This document shows, piece after piece, positions 26,101 to 37,300 of a stretch of 64,000 nucleotides of DNA. The translations under genes and the position numbers were made by a program. The stretch's first letter is position 1, and each line of letters starts with the position of its first letter. This DNA is from Camelus ferus. Its lineage: Eukaryota. Under the pieces are notes generated by a model. That model ran no database searches. It had not been told where the DNA came from and saw only the letters and a list, made by a program, of their open reading frames with translations. The DNA lies in NCBI RefSeq assembly GCF_009834535.1, contig NC_045697.1, positions 40,922,001 through 40,986,000 on the forward strand. Direction: 5' to 3'.

Positions 26101-26889
26101 CACATACAGCTGGAGTCCAAGAGCTGAGCAAAGCAGCACAGATGTTGCCTCCATTCTTTCTCTGCTCTTCCCATTCCTTTCCTCCCCAAGGAGAAAGTAA
26201 AATAATTCAATACTAAACACAATGCAATGGTTTTTTAGAGCTGACAGCATTCAGAACAGGTGAGAGAACAGCAGGAAAAAAAGGGAGAATCGAAGGATGG
26301 CATGAAAAGTGTGGTGTCCTGCATGGGAGGCAAAGAGGTACGTACATTTCATACTAAAAAGGAAGAGGCAGAAATATGCCTGTTTCATTCCACAAAGAGT
26401 TTCTTATAAGGAAGTGGCATCCTTATAAGAAGGAAGATGAGGGGTCAGAAGGATTTACATCTTTCATCCAGAAAGGTTCTGCCCATGTGTATCTCCCCTT
26501 CCAGATATTACAGCAGTTGCCTGAATTACAAATACCTTACAACTTCAAATAGTTCCATCGTTTCTCCCTAATTCACCATGTGGCGACCAAGTTGCAGGGG
26601 AAAAGGCACTTCCCAGTGCTGGGCATTAGGAAAGACTGACCTCACATTTCTTCTGCACATTTCTTCACCCTAAGAGGAATTTTATAAATACCAGGTTTCC
26701 CTATTCTCCCTCCCTTTCCTCGTTTCACAGTCACAGTTCAAAGACAGACAGACATACACATACAATCATGTTCCATTTTCTCCATCCTTCCTTCGCTCCA
26801 TTAGTAAACCAAGGAACACAGGCCATATGGATAGTGTATACAGGACAAAGACATTTAAATAAAAGTCTGGAGTAGCTTAATAGAGGCTT

Positions 26890-27065
26890 GTGTCAGCTGT
26901 CACTTGCTGTGTAACCCGGGTCAATTAATCTTCACAAGCCTCAGTTTTTTCATCTGTACAATGGAAGTGACCATCTCTGCCTTACAGATCCAATATCAAA
27001 CATGCAAAGCTCCTGGCTCAGGACTCAGAATATAACAGAATGCTCAATAAGTAACTGCTATTATC
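26890..27065 (+). mobile_element. MIR
   Basis: agcctcagtttttcatctgtacaatgg core and tgctcaataagtaactgctattat. Confidence 0.65.
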
Positions 27066-28336
27066 ATATACCAAAATTATACATAAAGCCTCTGTCCTTC
27101 AAAGCGCCCAGGTTTACCAACAGAAATACTGCCCCAAAAATTCATTTTCTCCTACAATTTCCTTCTACTAAGCCTAAAGACTCCTCACACCACTCCTCCC
27201 TCCCTCCTGCCAAACAAAAACTAACTTAAGTGTAGGATAACCCATCTTACTCAAGCATGGTTTGTAAACTTTGTTTCATCACCATTATTGTTTCAAATAT
27301 TTGACATTTTGACAGCAAAAGTGAGAAAACATTCTGGGTTCAGTCTGGGGGCGGAAACCTTCATCACATGAATCTCATTGCTGCTTCTGCAAAACACTTT
27401 CTGTGTTCCAAACCCATTTTGGGGAGAAAAGCAATTAGTAATCAAGAAACTAGCTATGCTTTTTTTTTTTTTTTTAAATTCCCAACACCTATTGAAATAA
27501 CTACCCACTCTTACCAGCTCAACTATGAAAACATAATGGTGGTGAAAAATTTTTCAATTAAATCAGAAATGTTTCCCTCAAGTAAACGAATAATTCAGGG
27601 ACCCTTGTCATCCTACAGTTTGGGCACAATTTTTAAAGGAATTCTATAAAAATCTAAGTATCTGAATTTTCTATTCCTGGTAATTTAAACAAACATAATT
27701 CAGATTAAGATTTACAAAGTTAAAGGCAACTGCCAAAAATCTGTTTATTTTCTTGTCAATTTTAAAGTGAGACTGATAGCAAGAAACAAAACAGCAACTT
27801 TTCAAACTAATATTTAAAGGCATGGCTAGAAATTATGATTTCAGTCTCTGTATGATTCCAACTTCTACTGAGGCAATGTGAGCATGCCTGTACATTATCT
27901 GCACGTGTGAATAGAAAAGAAAAAATCCTACAAGGAATCTTCAATTATTACAAGTCTGTGGGCCATATTAGCTCTTCAACTATGAAAATCTTACAAGCAA
28001 AAGTGAGGTTCATAAGTATGGTGTTCAGTGTACGTTTCCACAATCAGAACTAGGAATAGACGGTAACATCTATTAAATCCAAGTGGTGGTGTGTTAATTT
28101 CTCCATTTCTACCTTGGCTCCTAGATGTTTTATAAAGTAACTTCTTGTTTCAGTCAATATTAACTGGACTCGTTTGGCTTTTAAAATTATTCTTAGCACG
28201 ACATTTCTAAGTATAAAAGTTCTGAAAATCTTATCTATTCCTTTTCAAATTTAAGAGAAAAACAGCAATCTCAAAAATTACAACAGTCTAAAGTAAGTAA
28301 ATCACTTATCAAACATATATAAAGAAAAATTCAACT

Positions 28337-28490
28337 GGCCCTCTCCCTCTTCAGAGTCAGCCCACATTCTGTCTATGGAGTGTGTACCTAACTTTTAATC
28401 TGAGCACCCAACACCCACACCTCATGGCCTTTCTCTTGCCTTTCAGTGTATCTCTCTGAATAAATCTACTTTTACTCAAAAAATAAAAAA
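28337..28490 (+). mobile_element. Polyadenylated retrocopy of an ERV LTR-like 3' end with a 16-bp TSD
   Basis: AATAAA at 28459-28464, A tail at 28478-28490, TSD aaagaaaaattcaact (28321-28336) / aaagaataattcaact (28491-28506). Body resembles ERV1 LTR U3/R sequence. Confidence 0.75.
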
Positions 28491-29059
28491 AAAGAATAAT
28501 TCAACTATGTGAAAATATTTAATGTGTAAAGAAAAGCTGAAAAGGAAACAAACAAAACCTCTGGTCAAGCTGTTGAGATTTAAGGAAGATATTTATCTTT
28601 CACTGTAATTACAATTAACTTTAATATAGTGTTACTTTCATTTTACTGAACTACAAAAAGATTTTAAAGAGCCTAAGCCATATCTATTATGGTCAAGGAA
28701 AAGTGAATGACCAAGCAAGTGAGATATTATCCCCAGCAACAGAGTCTACAAAATGCTCCTTCTGCCAAAAGCTAGTCAGACATCACTTAGAGAAACATGA
28801 TCTCACTTAGAGAATTAATAACACATTCACTCATGACAAAAGCAAATGTACATTTTTCTCTTTTGGAGAAACTGAGGCAAACAGCATTTCTCAAATGTCT
28901 CCAAGATAAAGGAGTGGCATCTGGCTGGTGATTCAGCCCCTGGCACTCTAACTTACCCTTTTCCATTCCATGAAAATCTACAGAGAACACAGTAATCCCA
29001 TTTAAAACTCTTAAATACTTCTGAAAAACAGGATGAGGTTTTACAAGTTTGTTAGGAAG

Positions 29060-29740
29060 TCATTCTATTAAAAGCCACCACTTTTTGACAAAATACTCAA
29101 GTTGATTTTGAAAAATATACATGAGAAAATATCCATGGAAATTCTGAAAGCACAAAGGGTAAAGAAGAGAGGTTGGCTCAGCCACATATCAAAACACATT
29201 ATAAAGCGACAGCGATTCAGTCTGATGATGGCTCTTGAACGGAGAACAGAATGCCTAGTTTTTGAGTGGGAAGGTGGGGGTGGGGGGCTGGACCCCCTCT
29301 GCCACTCCTTAAACCAAAATAAAATCCACATGGATGAAAAATGTGAAGATAGATCTTTTATTTTAGACATGTACATCACCAGTACTCCTGACACTTCCTG
29401 GGAGTATATGTAAGCAACTAGTACCTTCAAGGGGAGTGACCTAAAACTCACAACTATGAGTATCTCTGCACCAAAGTCATCGTATCACCATTCATAAAGC
29501 AAAAACTTCAGCAGTTAGTAGGAGAGATAGAAACTCTTTAATTGTATGAGACTTTTATTCACGTCTTGGTCCAGGGCAGAATAAGTGGACAAAAATAAGA
29601 ATATAGAAATAATGCAAAATAGGTCTAAGGTACAAACCCACATTTAACTGTGGACCCTGAAAATAAAGAATATACCTTCTTTTCACATATTCACAATATG
29701 GTCATAAAAGTACCATATATTATGCCACAGAAGGTCTACA
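29060..29740 (+). mobile_element. Degraded old L1 ORF2 fragments
   Basis: 29060-29350 resembles the distal ORF2 region. 29440-29740 resembles the endonuclease domain (ORF DPENKEYTFFSHIH, compare L1 EYTFFSSAHG). Confidence 0.6.
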
Positions 29741-31887
29741 ACTTAGTACATTTATTTGAAAATAACTGTAAAATAGTGGTACGAAAGAGAAGCGGTGATA
29801 ACGAACACAGGATCCTTGAAGCAACTCTGTGATCAAATACAGCTGTGATGCATGCAGAGGGTAAGAACTTTCAGTTCCTACAGTAGTTTGTTGTGATCAC
29901 ATTTTTCAAGAAGCCACAGAATCCCTTGAGAAAAAGGTAGTTAAAACCATCTGCTACCTCCTAAAATACCCAAGGTAGGAGACTATCTATGTTCTATTTC
30001 TATATACACTAAAAGACCACCACCTTCTACTGCATTTTCATGCTTCACTATCTTCAACAAGAAGTTCCTTCCTGGGCACTGCTTAAGCCTCTTAACACTT
30101 ATAAATTATTTATTTCTTCAAGATCTGTTTTTGGCAGAGGTGGAGGCCATCCTTCACCCCACTCCCCACAGCAGTCTTACACGTGTATAGGAAGATGCCA
30201 TGCAGACTACTGACCGTTTTAAATCGCCAGGCTTAAATATCCTCCTCACAGTCTAAATCTTCATTCCCTTATGACTGTCCTCACTGAGCTGTGACTTCTC
30301 TAATTCCATCACATCCAAACTAAGAAAAATGTCCTCTCAAATTTCTTTTCCACATGGCTAACTTGTTTATATTTATGCACCCATCAAAGCAAACGCTTAG
30401 AAAATATAGTCTCCACTTTAAAAGTTCAAGTTACACTGTTACGGAACACATTATGCCTTCATTAAAATTTTTTTTAAAAAACAGGTCTGAGTTTTGGTAG
30501 AATTAATCCACAGGAATAATTAAAATTTTATTTTAAGAAACGGACCCACAATGCTTATTTCCTAAAACTGTATTTGCCCTGTTTAAAATGCCGGTCCTCC
30601 CCCTTCAGCATCACTGATTCCTATGCAAATTCTGAAAGGACAATTCATTCTAACACGTTACGACTTGCTTTTTCTCCATTTCAAGTCAACTTCCTCGAAG
30701 GTCCTCATGCCCACATGAGACCAAGTTCCCCGCACTCCCTTCTCTGCCACCGCCCCGTTGGGTTTTCGCTGAAGCACTTAACAGTTTTCAGCTGCTTTGC
30801 CGCCCGTTTGCTGATTTTGTCTCCTTGCAGGAAGGGGGACTCTGCCTGAAGCAGCTCAGAGCCTTGCATGTGCTGCGGCTGGACCCATCAATGCAGGACG
30901 TGGAGAACCAATATTAAAAGCACTGTCCATGCCTGTGGATAGACCACAGTCATAAAGCTATTAATACTGATATGTAATCTTTAAGTAGGTAAATTAATAC
31001 CAGAAGTGGTAAATTCCGATAACACACCATAACACACCAAAGCCTCCAACGCAGAAAGCATGCTGGGCAAACTTACTCAAGACAGGCCAAACAGTGGACA
31101 ACAAACCAGGGCCTCACTGCATTTAAGGAAGAAAAAAAAAAAAAAAAAACAGAATAGCAAGGGGGTGCTGAAAAGATGACCTGCTTTTATTACCATCACA
31201 CATGCACCAACAGACAATTTCAGAGCATTTAATGAAACCTTTGTTTTTAAAATAGATCTTTGTTTTCCTGAAGTTTGGAGCACACCACTGACTGAGGACA
31301 TGTGATCACCACCTTCCCCTGGCAGGACCCAAGTTTTAACGATAATTTCCAGAAGCTTCACTTAGATAACATAGCTGTGTGTGTGAGGCTGTAGTGAATG
31401 AGAACAGTTAATTTTTGCCTGAATGCTTTTTATTAAAAAGTACACTGCAGTGACAATTTCTAGGGCCATTCTGCAGTTATGAAATAAAAGATTTATATTT
31501 AATAATATATTTGTGGTATCCGAATTGTGGGCTGGAAGTTTCTTTTGCAACTTGGACAACAGTTAGCATGCACTGATATTTTAAATTTTAACTTGGTTTT
31601 CTTTAAACAGTCTTTAATAAGTTTCTTCATCAAAAAGCCCAACTAATTTAAGAAATACTGTGAAGAATTTTCTATGAGAGGAAAAAAAAGAGTTGCATTT
31701 TTAAGTCATATATAAATTTAAAACATTTCCTAATAATCAAATGCAAAATGGATCACATCTCAGAACCACTATTTTCACAGCCCAACTATTTTATGGACAT
31801 AGTACATAACACAAGAAACCAAGTGAATCAGACTGGTTTGTCATACTGAATATGATTTTAGAAGATAAGCCTTGGGTGAGCATGTAT

Positions 31888-32430
31888 TTTGGAAAACAGC
31901 TTGGTGGTTTCTCAAAAAGTTAAGCATAAAACTGTCGTTAAGACCCAGCAAATTCCACTCCTAGGTACCTAGCTAAGAAAAAGAAAAATACATCTACATA
32001 AAGACTTGCATGCAAATGTTCATAGCATCATTATTCAAATGCTAACTGCCCCTCCAAAAAAGCTGGAAACAACCAGTCTGCCCTATCCAGACAATGGAAT
32101 TAATTACTCAGCAACTAAAAGAACAGAGCTACTGACACAGGATATGCCATAGATGAACCTCAAAAAATTATGTGAGTGAAAAAAGACAGATGTAACAAAC
32201 TACAAGGTCCTGTGTACATGAAGTGCCCACCAAAGGCAACTTTACACCCAGACAGAAAGTAGATTAATGGTAGGATGGGGCATGAGGGATCTTATTGGAG
32301 GGATAAAATGTTCTAAAACTGATGAATGGTGATGGTTGCATCAGTCAGTAAAGTAACTAAAAACCACTAAATTGTACACTTGAAATGGTCAACTTTATGA
32401 TATGTAAAATAGACCTCAAAGCTATAGAGG
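31888..32430 (+). mobile_element. Old L1 (L1MB/MC-like) 3' fragment
   Basis: ttggaaaacagcttgg...gacccagcaaattccactcctaggta...atgttcatagca...attgtacacttgaaatgg. Confidence 0.82.
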
Positions 32431-33471
32431 GAAAAAATTAAGAACTTAGGCTGGAAAGAAGCATTCATAAAACAAGAAGTAACACAGGAGATAAAAGATC
32501 TGCGTGATGGTGAATGGACCTTGACTAAAGCTAATCACTCTTCTTCTCCTTTACAAAAAAAGTCATTTACTGAGCTACCAAAAGACCAACCAGGGGTAAG
32601 CTTCTACTTCACTCTTTAAAATAATCAATAATACCAATACCTTACGGGTGTCACACAGAACTATGGGTGACCTCAGAAACCAAGTTCTGTTCTAGGCTTG
32701 TCGTGAGAACTGTCATGATTTTTAAGACTAAATTAAACTCACATTAAGTAAATCTAAAGATTTTCACTCTATCCTTAGAAAAGTATGAGTGTTAAAATAA
32801 ACATATGAAGAAGTTTCTGTTTTTAAGACTAGGCCCCTATCATGAGGGTTAAAACAAAAAACCCTAACACTATGAGGAAAATGATAGAATTTATCAAATT
32901 CATTCTTTTACAACTTCCAATCTAGGGCTTTTTGTCTTCTGGGCACAATTCCCATTTAAAAACAAAAACTAAGTTTAATTGGTTTACTTTAAATTTTGCT
33001 AAAACCAAGTGACACAGACATTAATGTGCTTATTCTTTCCAACATCTTCAGGGAGCAGAACTTCACTCTGAAACAAATGTAACACACTGGGTTTCATTAT
33101 ACCCTTTTACTATCCTAATGTTAGTAAATGCTGCTGCCTAATTTTTTCCATGTGGTACAAAGTTTGTATTTACACAGTTTTTTTTTTTTTAAATGAAGAG
33201 TTAGCACAAGAATGGTTTAACTCTAAAAGGGAACTAAGGGCGGGGTTGGGGGGGAGTGGGAAATACACAGACTATAAAAGAAAAAAACAGAAAAACAGAA
33301 TTTCTAGAGGCATAAATGCTAGGTCAAAGTTACTTGGGAAAAAAACATAAAATGAGAGCTTTACCTTGGTTTACTGTCTAGAACGCTGTACAAAAAATAT
33401 CTGCCTTTAACAACAACGCAAAAAAACCTACTTAAAACAGCTTATTCAGTCAGTGAGAGGTTATTTTCTTT

Positions 33472-33506
33472 TACACTTGACCTTAGTCAAAAGGCTGAGA
33501 AGCGAT
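33472..33506 (-). pseudogene. 3'-truncated U2 snRNA retropseudogene (U2 nt 1-35)
   Basis: Minus strand ATCGCTTCTCAGCCTTTTGACTAAGGTCAAGTGTA matches the U2 5' end at 32/35. Flanked by the direct repeat gaggttattttctttta (33457-33473 and 33507-33523). Confidence 0.93.
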
Positions 33507-34298
33507 GAGGTTATTTTCTTTTAAAGAACAAAATTAAAATCCTAATATCATGGACTCAAATCTTTATCAATGTTTTGGCAGCTAAAGTTACCAACTTATT
33601 AGACAGGTACTTAGAAATTTCTATGGTCAAATATTAATTTGTCAATCATGAGATAAAAATATCTTAAGTTCTGCAAAGCTGGACAGAAAACAGGTTTCAT
33701 ACTTTTGCACAGAACAGTGGGAACTGGTTAATTTTATATCACTTGCCATAAATTCACATGCAGAGTAAATCAGATACACCTGTATTTTTAAAGCAACAAG
33801 AATGGGGAGAGGGAGAAAAGCAATTTAACAAGTTATCCAGATGCACGTCATCCAGGATGAAAGTCACATGATAGCCTCTGCTCTATCGACCACAAAAACA
33901 TATGCCCCAAATCAAAATTTAATTACACTGCACGACAGTCTGTGAACTGTGCTTCATATTTTATCTACTGCTCTGCTTTTGACAGGACAGTTTCCTGAAG
34001 GAAAAGTTCCAAGAATTGAAAAGTTACAACACCCACATACCAAAAAGTGTTTCCTGAATTTTGTTACAGGAACTGACATCTGCTATAATTTTAACATTTA
34101 CTTCCCATAGGAGTCCCATTTAAAAACTTTGTTGCACAGCATTTGTTCGACGACAGTATATCTAGTCGATGCTTTTGTTTAAAACAAGAAAAAAACACCC
34201 AACTTTCATTTCAGCTCCAAAAGTCTGGATATAACTGACCAACTCGCAATTAGTTATAACTTTTCCCTGTGAACAAAAACAACTGTCACCTGATAAAC

Positions 34299-34317
34299 GG
34301 GGGGGGGGGGGGGGGGG
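34299..34317 (+). repeat. G19 homopolymer
   Basis: Directly visible. Confidence 0.9.
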
Positions 34318-37300
34318 ACCGGTCACGTGTAGAGCATGAGTTAATAGTTTTGTGAGGAAGCCCAGAGTGGATAGGAAAGGGTAAATTAAGTATCCAGCTT
34401 CTTGGGGAAGCGCTGCTTGATCAAACAGTGGACATTACTTCTTGGTACCTTCCTTTTCTTTTTACTTTTAAAATACAGGTGCATTTGGACATTTCAGCTA
34501 ATACAGGCAGTAACAGGTGCGTCTACCTTCTCTACCGATCTCTTACTTGAATTGAATGGGGGAAACACGTGTATATATGAATATATATTAAATCAAAATA
34601 GGACTGCATTACACGATATCGTGTATACGCTACTGCATCTCTCTCGCACACTCCCCATTTCACACTGTGGTCGCTGGGCCTCGGGCCTCAGACCCAGCAG
34701 GGCTCCACCCAAGCACCACCCCGGACCTGCCCAGTAGGAATCTCTAGGGGGAGTGGAGAGCAGAATCTGCACGTGAAGCAGTACTCATGGGGTTTCTTGT
34801 GTCTAATCAAGTTTGAGAACCTTGAGCTTAATATAAACACATTGGCTCCTAACATATTCCATTACTTGTATTTGCTTAATTGCCAATCCAGCAGCAAGCA
34901 ATACTGAAAAGAAAGACAAGATCCTTCCGGGCAAAATAAAGACCAAGCCAGCGACTCAAGAGCCGCATCCTTAACTCTCCTCAGTCCACCCAAACGAGGG
35001 ATCGTGTGGTCCGCAGGGCTCCAAGGAGAAAGAACAATCCGTGGTCCTTTTAGAACGTGGTGGAACTGTGGGTGCCCTTTGGAAACAGTACCTAATACCG
35101 AATAAAAGACAATTTAGCTGTCAATAGAAATATAATATATTTCCCCCTTCTGTTTGCTTCAGTTCCTTTTGACAAGATGTCACTACTGGGATTTCCTCTT
35201 AATATATTAAGTCTGACATCACATTACTGCTTTGGCTAATAGCTTTAAGAACCTGATAGGAGTCCAATCTAGTTAAATTAAAAACGAAGCCAATAAACCA
35301 ATGCTAGAAAACAACAGACGTTCACCAGAGAAAAAAGACTTTCAGGATATTAAGTCTGCCAGCTTTGTGACCATCAAGTTAAGCTTTAACTCACTGTGGA
35401 TAGATAGGAAAAGGGAAAAGTTTGCACAGGGGCAGGATTCTCAACACTGTTCACTGCCAAGACACAAAAAGTCAGCACTGGGATGGTTATTAAAGTTAAT
35501 TTTTACTTTTGGGTCTCCAAGGGCATTAACATTAAGTTATAAATCTTATCCCCCCACCCCAGGTGTAAAGCTAAACTTCATCTGGTACATTTATATTTGA
35601 GCAAGACATTATTCTGCATTCTACTTGCTGTATTATTTTAAGCAAATGAATATTCATACTAAAGTGAATTAAGAATAATCTGAAGCAGAACTTAAAGGAC
35701 CACAACTTTAGCTTTCCCCATTTTTTTTTTTACTTGAGTAAAAAAGACAGGCAATCATTTAAGAGGTAACTCATGCACCCACCCCTATCAATAAAATGTA
35801 ACTGAACCGCAACAAAGAGATTATGACACCCAAGCTTGCTATGTTTGTACTTCTAAGCCAAGAAACTTTGTCCTGAAGGTGCAGATTGTATTTCCAAGTA
35901 GTCCGGAGGGAAAGTCAGGATACAGTGGTGTTCATAGTCCTCCTCACCACATCTCGCATACAGGATTTTCCCTTTCAGAAGACAGATTTTGGAAATATGT
36001 TTATTTTCCTACCTTAGAAAATGAATGAAAGAGAAATTTGCAAATAGAAAAACCTAATTTATATATTTAAAAGCAAACCAGTTGACAATGTTAACTCTCA
36101 AAGCAGTAATGAAGTTACTCAGCTTTATAATTCCTCCATTTTACAGCTATTAAGTAATACAAAGATTTGGATGCTCAAAACAAGTGACAGTACCAAGATG
36201 AGAGTTTCCTCTTATCCATGATTAAGATAATATTAAATATATTATATTTAAAATTTAAATTACTTAAATGTAGCATTCACTAAATTCCATTTTCAAAGAG
36301 TATAGAACCAGCTACTGAATGCCTTTTCATGGTGCAGCATGGAATCCTCTAACTCTCCTGAGACCACTTGTATTAATTTTGCCAAAGACCATCCCCACAA
36401 ACCAGCTGACTCAAAAAAAGACGACTCAATCCTCTTTCCATCTTTATCATGCAAGAAGCTCTAGTCCAAGTCAGGAAGCTCAGCTGGGCTCTCAGGATGA
36501 ACTAGAAGGAAACCACTTAAGAGACCTGTCTGTGTTTCTCTTCTGTCAAGGACACTATTTACAATGGTGTCATAAGGGAAAAACTGAAGACATTCACTGG
36601 GTCGAAACACTGCATAAATTATTTCCCTCTTGAAATCACTTCCTTGAACTGCACTTTCCAAAACACCAGTGTTCTTCTTTGATATTTGCTCATATTTAAT
36701 CAGAGCTTCTTTGCTTTTGCAAATTTTCTTCCAAGGTAATCTTTATAGAGCTCATAAATCAGGGGTGGGGGCAGAGGGGGGAGCAAACTGGTTCCAGACC
36801 AGTTTAAGAGTACTGCTCTTTGCAATGGAAAATGTCCCCCACCAGAGTCACATCCACCAAAAACCGGCTTCATAATAATCTTGGGAACAATCTGACTTTG
36901 CTCTATTATTATTTCTTTAAACTTCATTAACTTTAGTCAAATTCAAACAAAAACACTGGGAGAGTTGACTAAACCGAATTTCCACATCTTCCTCAAAAGA
37001 TGTGCTCAGCCACCAGAAGCTACTCTCCTAAAGAAGCAAGTTCAACTCCCCCATTCCCATTCAGGCACCCCTCCCTACAAGGTGGGGGCGGGCCAGGGCT
37101 TCTCCAATAGCACAAGGTGCATTTTAAACCGGTTAATCCCTGTCCATAGTGTAAAATACGTATGTGTTCCTTTCTAGAATCCAGAAATTGCTTCAATGAA
37201 GGGGTCAGCAGAGATGGAGTACCAAAGCCCTCCTTTCTATTTCATCCATCAACACACTCCTCAATATAAAGCAAGCTAATCCTCATAGAAAAGGAAAGAC

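Noticed and set aside
34610..34625. Perfect 16-bp palindrome TACACGATATCGTGTA
   Set aside because: About one 8-pair palindrome is expected by chance in 64 kb (64000 x 4^-8), and there is no supporting context.
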